DNA from: Cetorhinus maximus | Lineage: Eukaryota | DNA length: 64,000 nucleotides | NCBI RefSeq assembly: GCF_964194155.1 | Contig: NC_135910.1 | Location: 7,192,001 to 7,256,000, forward strand | Direction of reading: 5' to 3' | Shown: positions 1 through 9,905 of the stretch, one piece after another | Numbering within the stretch: the first letter of the stretch is position 1 | How the letters are laid out: the number at the start of each line of letters is the position of its first letter | Notes under the pieces: generated by a model | The model's input: only the letters and a program-made list of their open reading frames with translations | Database searches by the model: none | Told to the model about the DNA's origin: nothing | Translations under genes and position numbers: made by a program

Positions 1-76
1 TGTCCGGTTAACATTCCGGCAACCCCCCACCCTCACACTGACCCGCGTCCCCGTCCGGCACGCTTTGCACCCTCAC

Positions 77-399
77 CTCCTGAACTTCCTGTAGTCTCTG
101 CGCCCAGTGTTCCGACTCCGGCGTTTCCTCATTGTGAAGCCTCTGCCACCTGTTCGGGTGAGCCTGTCGGGATTTGAAACTTCTCGCGTTGGCGTTCACC
201 ACTGTGGGCGCCCTGACACCCGTGTCCGTGTCCAGATAGGCTGGCTCGGTCTGAGTGGACTTGTTCCGTATCGCAGGTTTTATTCCAACCGAGATCTTCT
301 GGCTCAAATGACCCATCACGACGATTGTGTGGTCCTTGCCATCATCACTGTGCTCGGAGCTATCACTCTGAGGGTACGTGAATATGTCATCTTCGTTAC
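77..399 (-). CDS. RASGRP4: RasGRP C-terminal-region exon (323 bp if spliced; reads through to TAA at 8-10 if not): NEDDIFTYPQ...KDHTIVVMGHLSQKISVGIKPAIRNKSTQTEP...QRLQEVQE
   Basis: cccctctag acceptor in phase 1. Resembles the recalled RASGRP1 segment '[31 protein letters not shown]'. Candidate donor GAG|GTGAGG at 77/76; the 3' boundary is less certain. Confidence 0.85.
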
Positions 400-959
400 C
401 TAGAGGGGTGAGTGGAAAGAGAAACCCATTCAGCTCTCGTAAATAATACGTTGTCCAATCCCCAATGGTCTTGTGAAATCAGAAATAATGGTTGAATTTA
501 TAACTTTTATCACGCCAGGCATCTTTTTTTTTTAACATTCGTGGGATGTGGGCATCGTTGGCTTGGCCAGCATTCATTGCCCTAACTGCCCTTGTTCAGA
601 GGGCAGTCAACCCCGTTGCTGTGGGTCTGGAGTCACGTATAAGCCAGACCGGGTAAGGACGGCAGATTTCCCTCCCTAAAGGACATCAGTGAACCAGATG
701 GGTTTTTATGACAATCGGGCAGTGGTTTCATGGTCATCAATAGGCTTTTAATTCCAGATTTTTATCGAATTCAAATTTCATCATCTGCCAATGGCCGGAT
801 TCGAACCCGGGTCCCCTGGGTATTATCCTGGGTCTCTGGAATACTAGTCCAGCAACAATACCACTATACCTCCCTCTCATGGCTTCTCATGAAGAAACAG
901 CGCTGGGTGTGTGACTCAGAGCGTGAGAGCTCACAATCCCACTGTGATGGTTTGAGAAT

Positions 960-1355
960 TCAAATTCCGTTTAGAATTCTCACTCTTGTTTCCAGATTTC
1001 GACAGGGCCTTGCCACTCCCTATCTCCTCCTGCCCCCCCCACAACCCTCCGAGGTATCTGTGCTCCTCCAATTCTGGACACTTCAACATTCCCGATTTTA
1101 ATCGCCCCCCCCCAACCTTTGGCGGCCGGGCCTTCAGCTGCCTGGGGCCTAAACTCTGGCATTCCCTCCCTAAACCTCGCCACTCCTCTTTCCTTCCTTT
1201 AAGACACTCCTTAAAACCTAACCCTTTGACCAAGCTTTTGGTCATCTGGTCACATGTCCTTGGTGTCGTACTTTGTTTTGCAATGTTCCCGTGAAGGGCC
1301 TTGGGATTTTTTTTGTTACGCTAAAGGCGCTGTATAAATATAAGTTGTTGTTGTT
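960..1355 (+). mobile_element. L2-type LINE 3' fragment (others at ~19680-20045, 32275-32630, 40555-41095, 41815-42160)
   Basis: GGRAFS.LGP.LW.SLP...LKT.L motif and ATAAATA(TTG)n-type tail. Confidence 0.75.
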
Positions 1356-1510
1356 TACTCGTATCCAGTTCCAGGCAATGCTGAATGGACAATAAATTGC
1401 CAGGGATGTCCACATCCCCGGAGAATCAATTAAAGAATTGCTTTCAAGATGCGGTGACTGTTTTTACGTAGAAATTAAGCACTGGCCCCGAAACAGCAGC
1501 GATCTGTTGG

Positions 1511-1727
1511 AGTAAAAACAAAGATAGCTGGAAAAACTCGGCAGGTCAGACAGCGTCTGCGGAGAGGAGCACAGTCAACATTTCGAGTCCGTCTGACTCT
1601 TCCACATGGACTCGAAACGTTAACTCCGTCTCCCTCTCCGCAGGCGATGTCAGAGCCTGCCGAGTTTGTCCAGCTGTTTTTGTTTTTGTTTCAGATTTCC
1701 AGCACCCGCAGTATTTTGCTTGTATCT
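1511..1727. mobile_element. Palindromic Penelope-derived short element, family A (others at 9189-9418, 32680-32876, 41601-41729, ~50020-50220, ~59105-59280; single arms at ~11350-11460, 13955-14050, 48297-48400)
   Basis: Two inverted copies of the same end sequence (GAAACGTTAACTC...CAGATGCTG.CAGACCTGCTGAGTTTT..CAG); 14-bp TSD cagcgatctgttgg / cagtgatctgttgg. Confidence 0.8.
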
Positions 1728-2419
1728 CAGTGATCTGTTGGTCTGTGTTTGATCTGCCGAGGAGGGTATATATTTAAGGCCAAGACGTCAGAGCAAGTCG
1801 CCTGCTCTTCCTTAAGCAGCGCCAGGGGATCTCCAACATCCACATGAACCCACAAACAGGGCCTGGATTAATGCCTCACCTGAGGGAACCTTAAAGACGC
1901 CACTTTTAACAACTTTAAAAACTTTACGTTAAACCTGCTTCACTACACGTCCTCCCTTCTCTTTTTCTTCTGTGATCATTGTTCGATTCTTTAGCTTAAA
2001 TTCTGTCATTTATTTTACTATTGCGATTATAACAGTGACACTGTCCTTTTTCCTTTGTCTCCAAAGCGCCCATCTCGTTTGAGAAATCGCCCAAGCAAGT
2101 TCATGCATAGGGTTAGAAACTTGTCCCAGAGCAAATTTTGTGCTTTAACCCGTGATTTTCTTGACAGGAAGACCCAATTGGAGCTTAGCTTCTAATGGAC
2201 TGCTTTATCAGTGACATGGAGGTCGAGGAAATAGAGATGACTTCCTGTAGATAACCAAACATGCAATTAGACCACTGCTCTGCCTCTGGGTGCCTGGCGT
2301 TGCTGAGCGGCACCATCAGCGATGCACTGCCGTGATTACCCACCAGGTGGCAAAAGAGTCCACGATTATGTTTCACAGGTTTGCGTATTGTTGAGAGAGA
2401 AAGAGAGTCCAATCAGAAC

Positions 2420-2930
2420 TGAAGAGAGGTAGGAATGTGTTGGGTTTTATGCTGTCGAAAAAGCGGAGAGGGGCAGGTAGAGAAAAAGGGGGAGGTCATG
2501 GATTGGTTAGAGGGCGGGGAGATTAAATGACAAAGGTGTCAGGGAACAAAAGGCATGGCGAGTGGGAATGATAGTAAAGGATCAAAGCACTGGTCCAGAG
2601 TGGGTGTTAATAGCAGAATAAAGGTCAGTGCTGTCTGAAAACAAAACGTGAAAGTAAGATACAGACTGGCACCAAGGGAGAGAAAATACAAAATGGAGGA
2701 GAGAGTTTGTGGTCCGGAGTTGTTAAACTCAATGCTGAGTCCAGAAACCTGCCAAGTGCCCAGTCGGAAGGTGAGGTGCTGTTTCTCCAGCTTGTGTTGG
2801 GCTACATTGGAACACTGCAGCAGGCCAAGGACAGGGAGGTCAGGGCCACGCTTGCGGACTGAACCTAGGTATTGGGCAAAGCGGTCACCCAGTTCTGTGT
2901 TTGGCGTCCCTACCGCAGAGGAGACCACGT
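2420..2930 (-). mobile_element. Penelope-like element 3' fragment (GIY-YIG C-terminus + 3' UTR); related UTR at about 11530-11835 (+)
   Basis: ORF 2539-3015 contains LGLLQCSNVAQHKLEKQHLTFRLGTWQVSGLSIEFNN, resembling the end of vertebrate Penelope ORFs (recalled consensus RKLEEQHLIFRLG.LQP.GLN). Confidence 0.75.
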
Positions 2931-3204
2931 CAAATCCTGGCCCCACATATCTTTTTAAGAAATTTCCTATCGGCTTCTTCTGAGCTGGAATCAAAGATGG
3001 ACAAACACCTACCAAGCTGCGTCCAGTAAGAATTAATCTTCAATTCATCTCAAGATCTCCCAGAAGACTTGTATTTACATAGTTCGTTTACACCATCTTC
3101 GGACATCTCAAAGTGCTTTACAGCCTACGAAGTGCCTTTGACGTGCACTCACAGTTTGTAATGTAGGGCCGCAGCAGCCCACTGGCGCACAGCAAGATCC
3201 CAAA

Positions 3205-3690
3205 ATCAGCAAGTGTGTGAGGGATTGGAGGGGGCGCGGCAATGATTCACAGGAATGGTCCCAGGGATGAGAGACTTCGATCACCAGGATCGATTGGGAA
3301 GAGGAGAGTCGAGAGGAGATTTGATAGAGGTGTTCAAAATCTCGAGGAGTCTGGGCAGAGTAGATAAGGAGAAACCGTTCCCATTAGGGGAAGGATCGGG
3401 AACCAGGGGGCACAGATTTAAGGTGAAAGGCAAAAGAAGCAACGGCGACATGAGGAAAAACTTTTTCACGCAGCGAGCGGTTAGGACCTGGAACGCACAG
3501 CCCCGGGAGTTGGGTGGAAGCAGATGCAATGGAGGCTTTTGAAAGAGAATCGGACAATTATCTGAAGAGGAATAAAATGCGGGGCTGGGGGGGGGGGAAA
3601 GGCGAGGGAGTGAGACTGGTCGAGTAGCTCTCACATCGTACACGATGGGCTGAATGGCCTCCTTCTGTGCTGCATGCGTTCTAATGCGAC
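3205..3690 (+). mobile_element. CR1 LINE 3' fragment (others at about 13350-13640, 16300-16990, 20930-21790, 22705-23260, 23765-24370, 24770-25230, 33030-34010, 37655-38015, 38470-38860, 42515-42946, 45915-46210, 53365-54200)
   Basis: RGDLIEVFKI...TRGH.(F/L)K...FFTQR...WN.LP remnants and shared 3' UTR. Confidence 0.85.
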
Positions 3691-4329
3691 GATGGCCTGA
3701 TCGCCAGTTTCAGTAATGATGGTTGAGGGACAAGAGTTGGTCAGGACAGCAGAGAGCTTCTCCGTTTCTTGACAGAGGCAGGAGCGCCACTCGATGAGTC
3801 ACGGCTCACACCGGAAGATAGCTCACACTTACAAAACATTGGAGTTTGGATGAGGGCAGAGTTGTATTCCACCCTTGCAGTGCAATCGCCCTACCAGGCC
3901 TGGTGTGAAGGCTCATGCAGAGAGGACGTCGATGAGGCACACAGGAGCCAGTGTCTTCGTGAAAAAGGGAGAGTGAAATTACAGCAGTGATTGGAGGAGG
4001 GGGGCGGGCGGGGGCCAGTTAAAGTAAAGACAAAAAATAAAACACAGATGTTTTTCACATCCTCAGGATATCACAATGCGCTTCATGACTAAGGAACTTC
4101 ACCGATCTTTGGCGAAGGATGCAGGAAACCTCCTACAATCACAAGAAGCCCAACCACATCGGCAATGATCTGGTTGACTCAGAGAAAAGCTGATGTCAAC
4201 CGGAGATGGAGATACATGTCACTGGGAGGCCACGCGACACCGAGGGAGCTGGTGAGATTAACGGCGTAGGAGCAACAGGAAATACCCGACTGATATTTAG
4301 CGTCGCCCAACAGGGTTCCGGTACTCATT

Positions 4330-4352
4330 AGAGAGAGAGAGAGAGAGAGAGA
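4330..4352. repeat. (GA)n microsatellite
   Basis: Read directly from the sequence. Confidence 0.95.
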
Positions 4353-5261
4353 TGAAAGCTGCTGTGCTTGGCGTTAAAGTTAAAAATACAAACAAGAATA
4401 GGGTATAAGAAACCACACCAAAGCTAAAGTTGCGACTCTACCAAAAGCCCCATCATGAGATCAAGATCAGTCACACACGCTGACAATTGGCTGTCATAAT
4501 GAGATCTCATTATCAGTCAACCATGTTGAAAACCACATCATGGCCTCACCCTCCCCCATCTTTGGAGTCCCCTCCAGCCCCACCTCAACCCCCACCTCCC
4601 CATTCTTCGGACCCTGGCCTCCTGTACATGTCCGCTCCCATCCCGCCACCAGCTGGCCCTCCCTTCAGGCTGTGTAGACCTCACACTCTACAACTGCCTC
4701 CCTGAAACCTAAAACCACTCCAAGGATCGAGCTCGGGGTGGGGGGGGACAGCCATTCCCTGGTTCATTCCCCACGGCAATGCCTTGACCGATCAGAGTCG
4801 GCCCGCCCAGTTTTGAATTTGAACGAAAGCTTGGCAGTTAACTGTCCCTTGCTGCATTCTCCATGACAACGCCTCTACCAATCAGAGTCCACTAGCCAAC
4901 CAATCAGCAGTCTCTTCTCATGCAGTATAAATTGATGCTCCCTTCACAATTGGTACTCTTGTGAATCTCTCTGATGAGTCCGAGACAAAACGCTTAGACA
5001 GCCTGTCTTTTTTCTCAGCTACGTCCAAGGATTTGTAAGGTTGATAGAGAGGAACCGATTCCTCTGATGGAGGGAGTCCAGTACGTTTGGGGGAGGGGTG
5101 CAGGGGTGGTATAATCTTAAAATTACAGCTAGACCATTCAGAGATGACAGTGGAAAGCATAGTGGAAATCTAGAAAACTCTCTGCCAAAAAGCTGTTGAG
5201 GACGGAGAGGGTGGGTGGGTCGGGTTAAAGGGCAGTGGGGGCAAAGGCAGGTAAGTGGAAG

Positions 5262-5632
5262 ATGGCAGCGTAGTGGGTAATGTCACTGGACTGGCAATCC
5301 AGAGGGCCAGGCTAATGCTCTAAGGATGTAGGTTCAAATCCCACCATGGCAGCTGGTGGAATTAAAATTCAACTAATAAATCTGGAATTAAAATCTAGTC
5401 TCAGTAACCATGACAGCGATCGTCAGTTGTTGTCCAAAAAACCCATCTGGGTCAGAAGAGTCCTTCAGGAATTGTAAATCTGCCATCCTTACCTGGTCTG
5501 GCCTACGTGTGACTCCAGACCCACAGCAACGTGGTTGACTTTTAACTGGCCCTCTGGAGCGGGGCAATTAGGGGATGGGCAATAAACGCTGGCCTTGCCA
5601 GTGAAACCCACACCTCACAGAGGAACAAATAA
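5262..5632 (+). mobile_element. tRNA-derived SINE with LINE-shared tail (copies at ~535-875, 15510-15870, 23281-23565, 35868-36215, 46527-46845, 51795-52180, 52945-53350)
   Basis: A-box-like start and B box GGTTCAAATCC; 3' end GGCAATTAGGGATGGGCAATAAATGCTGGCC..., matching the LINE 3' end. Confidence 0.85.
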
Positions 5633-6184
5633 AAGGGAGAGTTGGGATGCAGATCAGGCGTGCCCAACTCGAACGGCAGCCGCGCATAAAATGTGCATTT
5701 GTCTGAAATGCAGCTTCAAAAAGCTCCCTAACTGGCATCCTGAGGACATGTCGAGCGCTGCACAAATGCACATTTTATCTCTCAAATGTGTCAACGATCA
5801 ACGGCCTGGGCTGAGGGGGCCGTGTTTATCAGTGATTTCGGGGCCTGTGTATCTAGGACAAGTTACCAGTCCCTGATAGCGATCAATTAGTGCCGCGGAG
5901 AACCATTTGAGAGTTTTGCGGCTCACTTTGTGTGTGTGTAAAGCGTCCACCTACCAGTCGAGAGATAACTGTGGTTAAATGACTCATTAGCAAAACGCTG
6001 CCAGCATTGTTATAGAAACACTATGAAAGCTCATTTACATGAGGTCTGGCAGAATAACAAAATCTGTGGTGTAAAACTGGGCTATGACCCACTATTGAAC
6101 AAGGAACATTAAATCTGTTACCCATGGCTTCCCTGCATCTGTGCTTTAATTTATTTTCCCGAGTGCTCACTTTCTAGGGGTCGC

Positions 6185-6434
6185 CTGGACCTCAGCTGGT
6201 CCCGCTCACGCCTCCAAGTCAGAAGCCCGTGGGGCTGACCTCCGCTGCAGAGGCCTGAGCCCATAGTCCAGGCTCACGGCTCAAGCGCAGCGCTGAGGGA
6301 GTGCTGCACTGTCGGGGGCGCTGTCTTTTGGAGCGAGGTGTTACGCCTGCTTTCTCCGCTGGCTGTAAAAGATCCCATGGCACTATTTTGAAGACGAGCA
6401 AGGGGAGTGCTCCCCGGCGTCCTGGCCAATATTT
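6185..6434 (+). mobile_element. Third tRNA-SINE family (copies at ~8385-8590, 28490-28890, 54850-55230, 61130-61330, 61690-62510)
   Basis: Shared core TGCAGTGCTGAGGGAGTGCTGCACTGTC...GATGAGACGTTAAACCGAGG...GATCCCATGGCACTATTT; family not named with confidence. Confidence 0.65.
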
Positions 6435-6454
6435 ATCACCGAAAAGAGGGACAT

Positions 6455-6492
6455 GTTGCTGAAGCTTTTCATCTCGCACTCATCAGGACTAA
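6455..6492 (-). ncRNA. Minimal type I hammerhead ribozyme motif (core intact, stem I degenerate)
   Basis: Minus strand: GTC-CTGATGA-GTGCGAGAT-GAAA-AGCT-TC. This gives CUGAUGA, GAAA, a palindromic AAGCUU stem III and a UC cleavage site. Activity is untested. Confidence 0.6.
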
Positions 6493-6959
6493 ATGCAAGA
6501 ATGCCAAATTTCAAACAATTTGTGCTACAGGAGAAAAGGGTGCTGGCTGGTTGGTAAGTCAACTCCGATTAGCCCAGGCGTTACCTTGGAGAAAGTAACC
6601 GAGCTATAAGCTCCCATGCTTCAAAAAGTCCATATTCCATTTGTTTGCAGAGGGACGGGTCTCTACGTACAAATGTGAGTCTCTTCGAGCAAGCATAAAT
6701 AAGACAAGTTACGAGCTTAACTGATTATCTTAACTTGGTTGCTAGATATACCTTCATATGCAGGGACATGTTCTCTGCAAATGAAAGGGATATTTCAAGC
6801 CTTTTTTGAATAATCCCTAAGACTGGGGAGCTGATAGTTCCCCATTGCCTTCTCTATGGTAATATCTTGGCCAATCAGAGTCGATTTGCCAACCAGTTAA
6901 TACCCTTTTCTCCTGTAGTATAAATTGTTGTGATTGTTTGAAATTTGGTGTTCTTTTGT

Positions 6960-6996
6960 TTGTCCTGATGACTGCAAGATGAAAGGCTTCAGCAAC
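6960..6996 (+). ncRNA. Minimal type I hammerhead ribozyme motif (degenerate)
   Basis: TTGTC-CTGATGA(6965-6971)-CTGCAAGAT-GAAA(6981-6984)-GGCT-TC-AGCAA. Confidence 0.5.
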
Positions 6997-9019
6997 ACTT
7001 TGCTCTTTTCAGTGATGTAAAAATCTCTTCCTTCCTTCTCTTGGCCCACCTACACAACCCACCGGAGGTATTTAGAGAAAGCGTTGATCTGGTTTTTAAA
7101 CTCTTCACACTCCCCTTTGTAACAGGATGTGGCATCTTCCTCCGCTGTACCAACCACACCTGCCCACCTACTGCTCCCCAACCATTCCCGGGAAAAAGCG
7201 AGGGATTCTTCAGGATTCTCATAGAAGAGAAGCGGGATTGACAAAAACGCCACCTAGAAAGTAGCAGACCCGTGCGAGTTCCCCTCCAAGTCACTCACCA
7301 TCCTGACTTGGAAATATATCGGCCGTTCCTTCACTGTCGCTGGGTCAAAATCCTGGAACTCCCTCCCTAACAGCACTGTGGGTGTACCTACACCACATGG
7401 ACTGCAGCGGTTCAAGAAGGCAGCTCACCCACCACCTTCTCAAGGGGCAATTAGGGATGGGCAATAAATGCTGGGCCCAGCCAGCGACGCCCACATCCCA
7501 TGAAAGAATAATTTTTTAAAAAATCATCAGGAGTGTGATGGTATACTCTCCACTTGCCTGGATGAGTGCAGCCCCAAAAACACTCCAGAAGCTCAAGGAC
7601 CATCCAGGACAGAGCAGCCCCGCTTAACTGTCACCCTTTCCACTACCTTCAACATTCACTCCCTCCACCACCGACGCACAGTAGCAGCAGTGTGTACCAT
7701 CTACAAGATGCACTGCAGCAGCTCAGCAAGGCTCCTTTGACAGCACCTTCCAAACCCACAGCCACTACCATCTAGAAGGACAAGGGCAGCAGACACATGG
7801 GAACACCACCACCTGGAAGTTCCCTCCAAGCCACTCACCATCCTGACTTGGAAATATATCGGCCGTTCCTTCACTGTGGCTGGGTCAAAATCCTGGAACT
7901 CTCTCCCTAACAGCACTGTGGGTGTATCTACACCACATGGACTGCAGCGGTTCAAGAAGGCAGCTCACCACTACCTTCTCAAGGGCAACTAGGGATGGGC
8001 AATAAATGCTGGCCCAGCCAGCAACGCCCACACCCTAAGAATGAATAATAAAGGCTGCTATGGAACCATAAATGGGAAAGAGGCACTTGGGAAATCTCCT
8101 GATTTTTCCATATATTTAGCCTGGTAATGTGGAAAACACAGCAGTCAATTGATGCACAACAAGATCCCACTAGCAGTAACGTGATAATGACCAGATAATC
8201 TGTTTAAGTGATTTGGCTGAAAGACATTTAATATTTAACAACATTTGAGAAGTATTTAGATGAGCACTTGAAATGCCATAGCACACAGAGCTAATGGGCC
8301 AAGTGCTGGAAAATGGGGTTAGAATAGGTAACTGCTTGATGGCCATGATGGGCCTAAGGGCCTGTTTCGGTGCTGTCTATGAGTCTCTAAACACTGGCCA
8401 GGGCACCCCTGCTCTTCTTCCAAATAGTGCTGCGGGATCTTCCTGAAAGAGCAGATGGGTACCTCGGTTTAGTGTCTCCTCCGACAGTGCCGCACTCCCC
8501 CTGTAGTGCCCCGGGGTTTTGCACTCAAGTCCCTGGGTTGGGACTTGAAGACGCAAGAGCGCTCCCTTCTGAGCCAATGACTGACACCCGTGCAGCTTAC
8601 TGGCAGAATTGCGGATCTGCTCAGGCAGGAGGTCAGGCACGATCTCGCAGCATAGAATGGTTGTCGCACAGGGGGAGGCCATTCAGCCCATTGCATTTGT
8701 GCTGGCTCTCTACCCAGGGGCTACCCAGCCAGTCTCACTCTCATGCCTGTTCCCTGTAGTTCAGCAAATTAAGATTTAAAAATAAATTGTCTTGTGTCTG
8801 GACCTGTAGTTTATTTTCAGAATTGTTGAGCGCTACTCAGAATGTTATTTATCAGTGCTGAAATTTAACATTAAAAAATCGACACTGCCGGCACGATAAG
8901 GGTTAAGAAGAGAGAAGACAATTACATTCATACCAGTCCCATGTCTGATAAGATCCAATCTTATTTCAGATCATTGCAAACTGTAGCAGTTTAACAAACA
9001 GTGTCACCGCTTACAACTA

Positions 9020-9905
9020 AGGTTAATTCTATTGAAAGGGGATTGGGGTACAGGAATGATGAAGACTTGCTACAGTTGCACAGGGCTCTGGTGAGACCAC
9101 ATCTGGAATACTGTGCGTAGTTTTGGTCTTCATGTTTTGAGGAAGGATATACCTGCATTGGGGGTACAGAGAAGGTTCACTGGATTGGCATTAAAAAAAG
9201 AAAATGCTAGAAAAAGCTCAGCAGGTCTGGCAGCATCTGTGGCGAGAGAAACAGAGTTAACGTTTCGAGTCCATATGACCCTTCTTCAAAGGCTCTGAAG
9301 TAGAGTCACACGGACTCGAAATGTTGGCTCCGTTTCTCTCTCCACAGATGCTGCCAGACCTGCTGAGTTTTCCCAGCATTTTCTGTTTTTGTTTTGGATG
9401 TCCAGTACCTGCTTTTATTTCATTGGATTGGTCCCTGGGATGAGTTGCCCTATGATGAAAGGCTGAGTAAATTGGACCTATAATCTCTGGAGTTTAGAAG
9501 AATGAGAGGTGATCTCATTGAGACAGGCAAGATTCTGAAGGGGCTGGACAGGGCGGACGCTGAGAGATTGTTTCCCGCTGGTCGGGGAATCTAAAACACG
9601 GGGGTCTCAGGATAAGGGGGCGATCATTTCGGACTGAGATGAGGAGAAATTTCTTCACTCAGAGGGGCTTGTGAGTCTTTGGAATTCTCGACCCCAGAGG
9701 GTAGGGGATGCTCCATTGCTGAACACATTTAAGGCTGGGACAGACAGGTTTTTGGTCTCTCAGGGAGTTAAGGGATATGGGGAGCGGGCAGGAAAATGGA
9801 GTTGAAGCCCAAGATCAGCCATGATCGTATTGAATAGTGGAGCGGACTTGATGGGCCAGTGGGTCTACTCCTGCTCCTATTCCTTGTGTTCTTGTGTTTT
9901 TGATG
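9020..9905 (+). mobile_element. CR1 LINE 3' fragment interrupted by a Penelope-derived hairpin element
   Basis: CR1 C-terminal sequence resumes after an insertion at ~9189-9418, flanked by a 13-bp TSD (ttcactggattgg / ttcattggattgg). Confidence 0.85.
9252..9332. ncRNA. Back-to-back degenerate hammerhead motifs (family A) on opposite strands
   Basis: Minus: TTGAAGA-AGGGTC-ATATG-GACTC-GAAACGTT-AACT. Plus: CTGAAGT-AGAGTC-ACACG-GACTC-GAAATGTT. Each has one substitution in the CUGANGA core. Confidence 0.55.

Larger units (their letters stand above)
6435..7016. mobile_element. ~580-bp inverted duplication of a Penelope-like 3' end/pseudo-LTR, family B (single copies at ~4745-5020 + and ~44545-44880 -)
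   Basis: Arms 6435-~6665 and ~6760-7016 are diverged reverse complements. The right arm has an ORF-end remnant (QGHVLCK), CCAAT, TATAAA and a hammerhead core. Confidence 0.75.

Noticed and set aside
107-403. Plus-strand 98-aa ORF
   Set aside because: Antisense shadow of the RasGRP exon.
8944-8972. Hairpin TCTGATAAGAT-CCA-ATCTTATTTCAGA resembling a ribozyme or snoRNA fragment
   Set aside because: No CUGANGA/GAAA pair or box C/D arrangement; short AT-rich stem plausible by chance.
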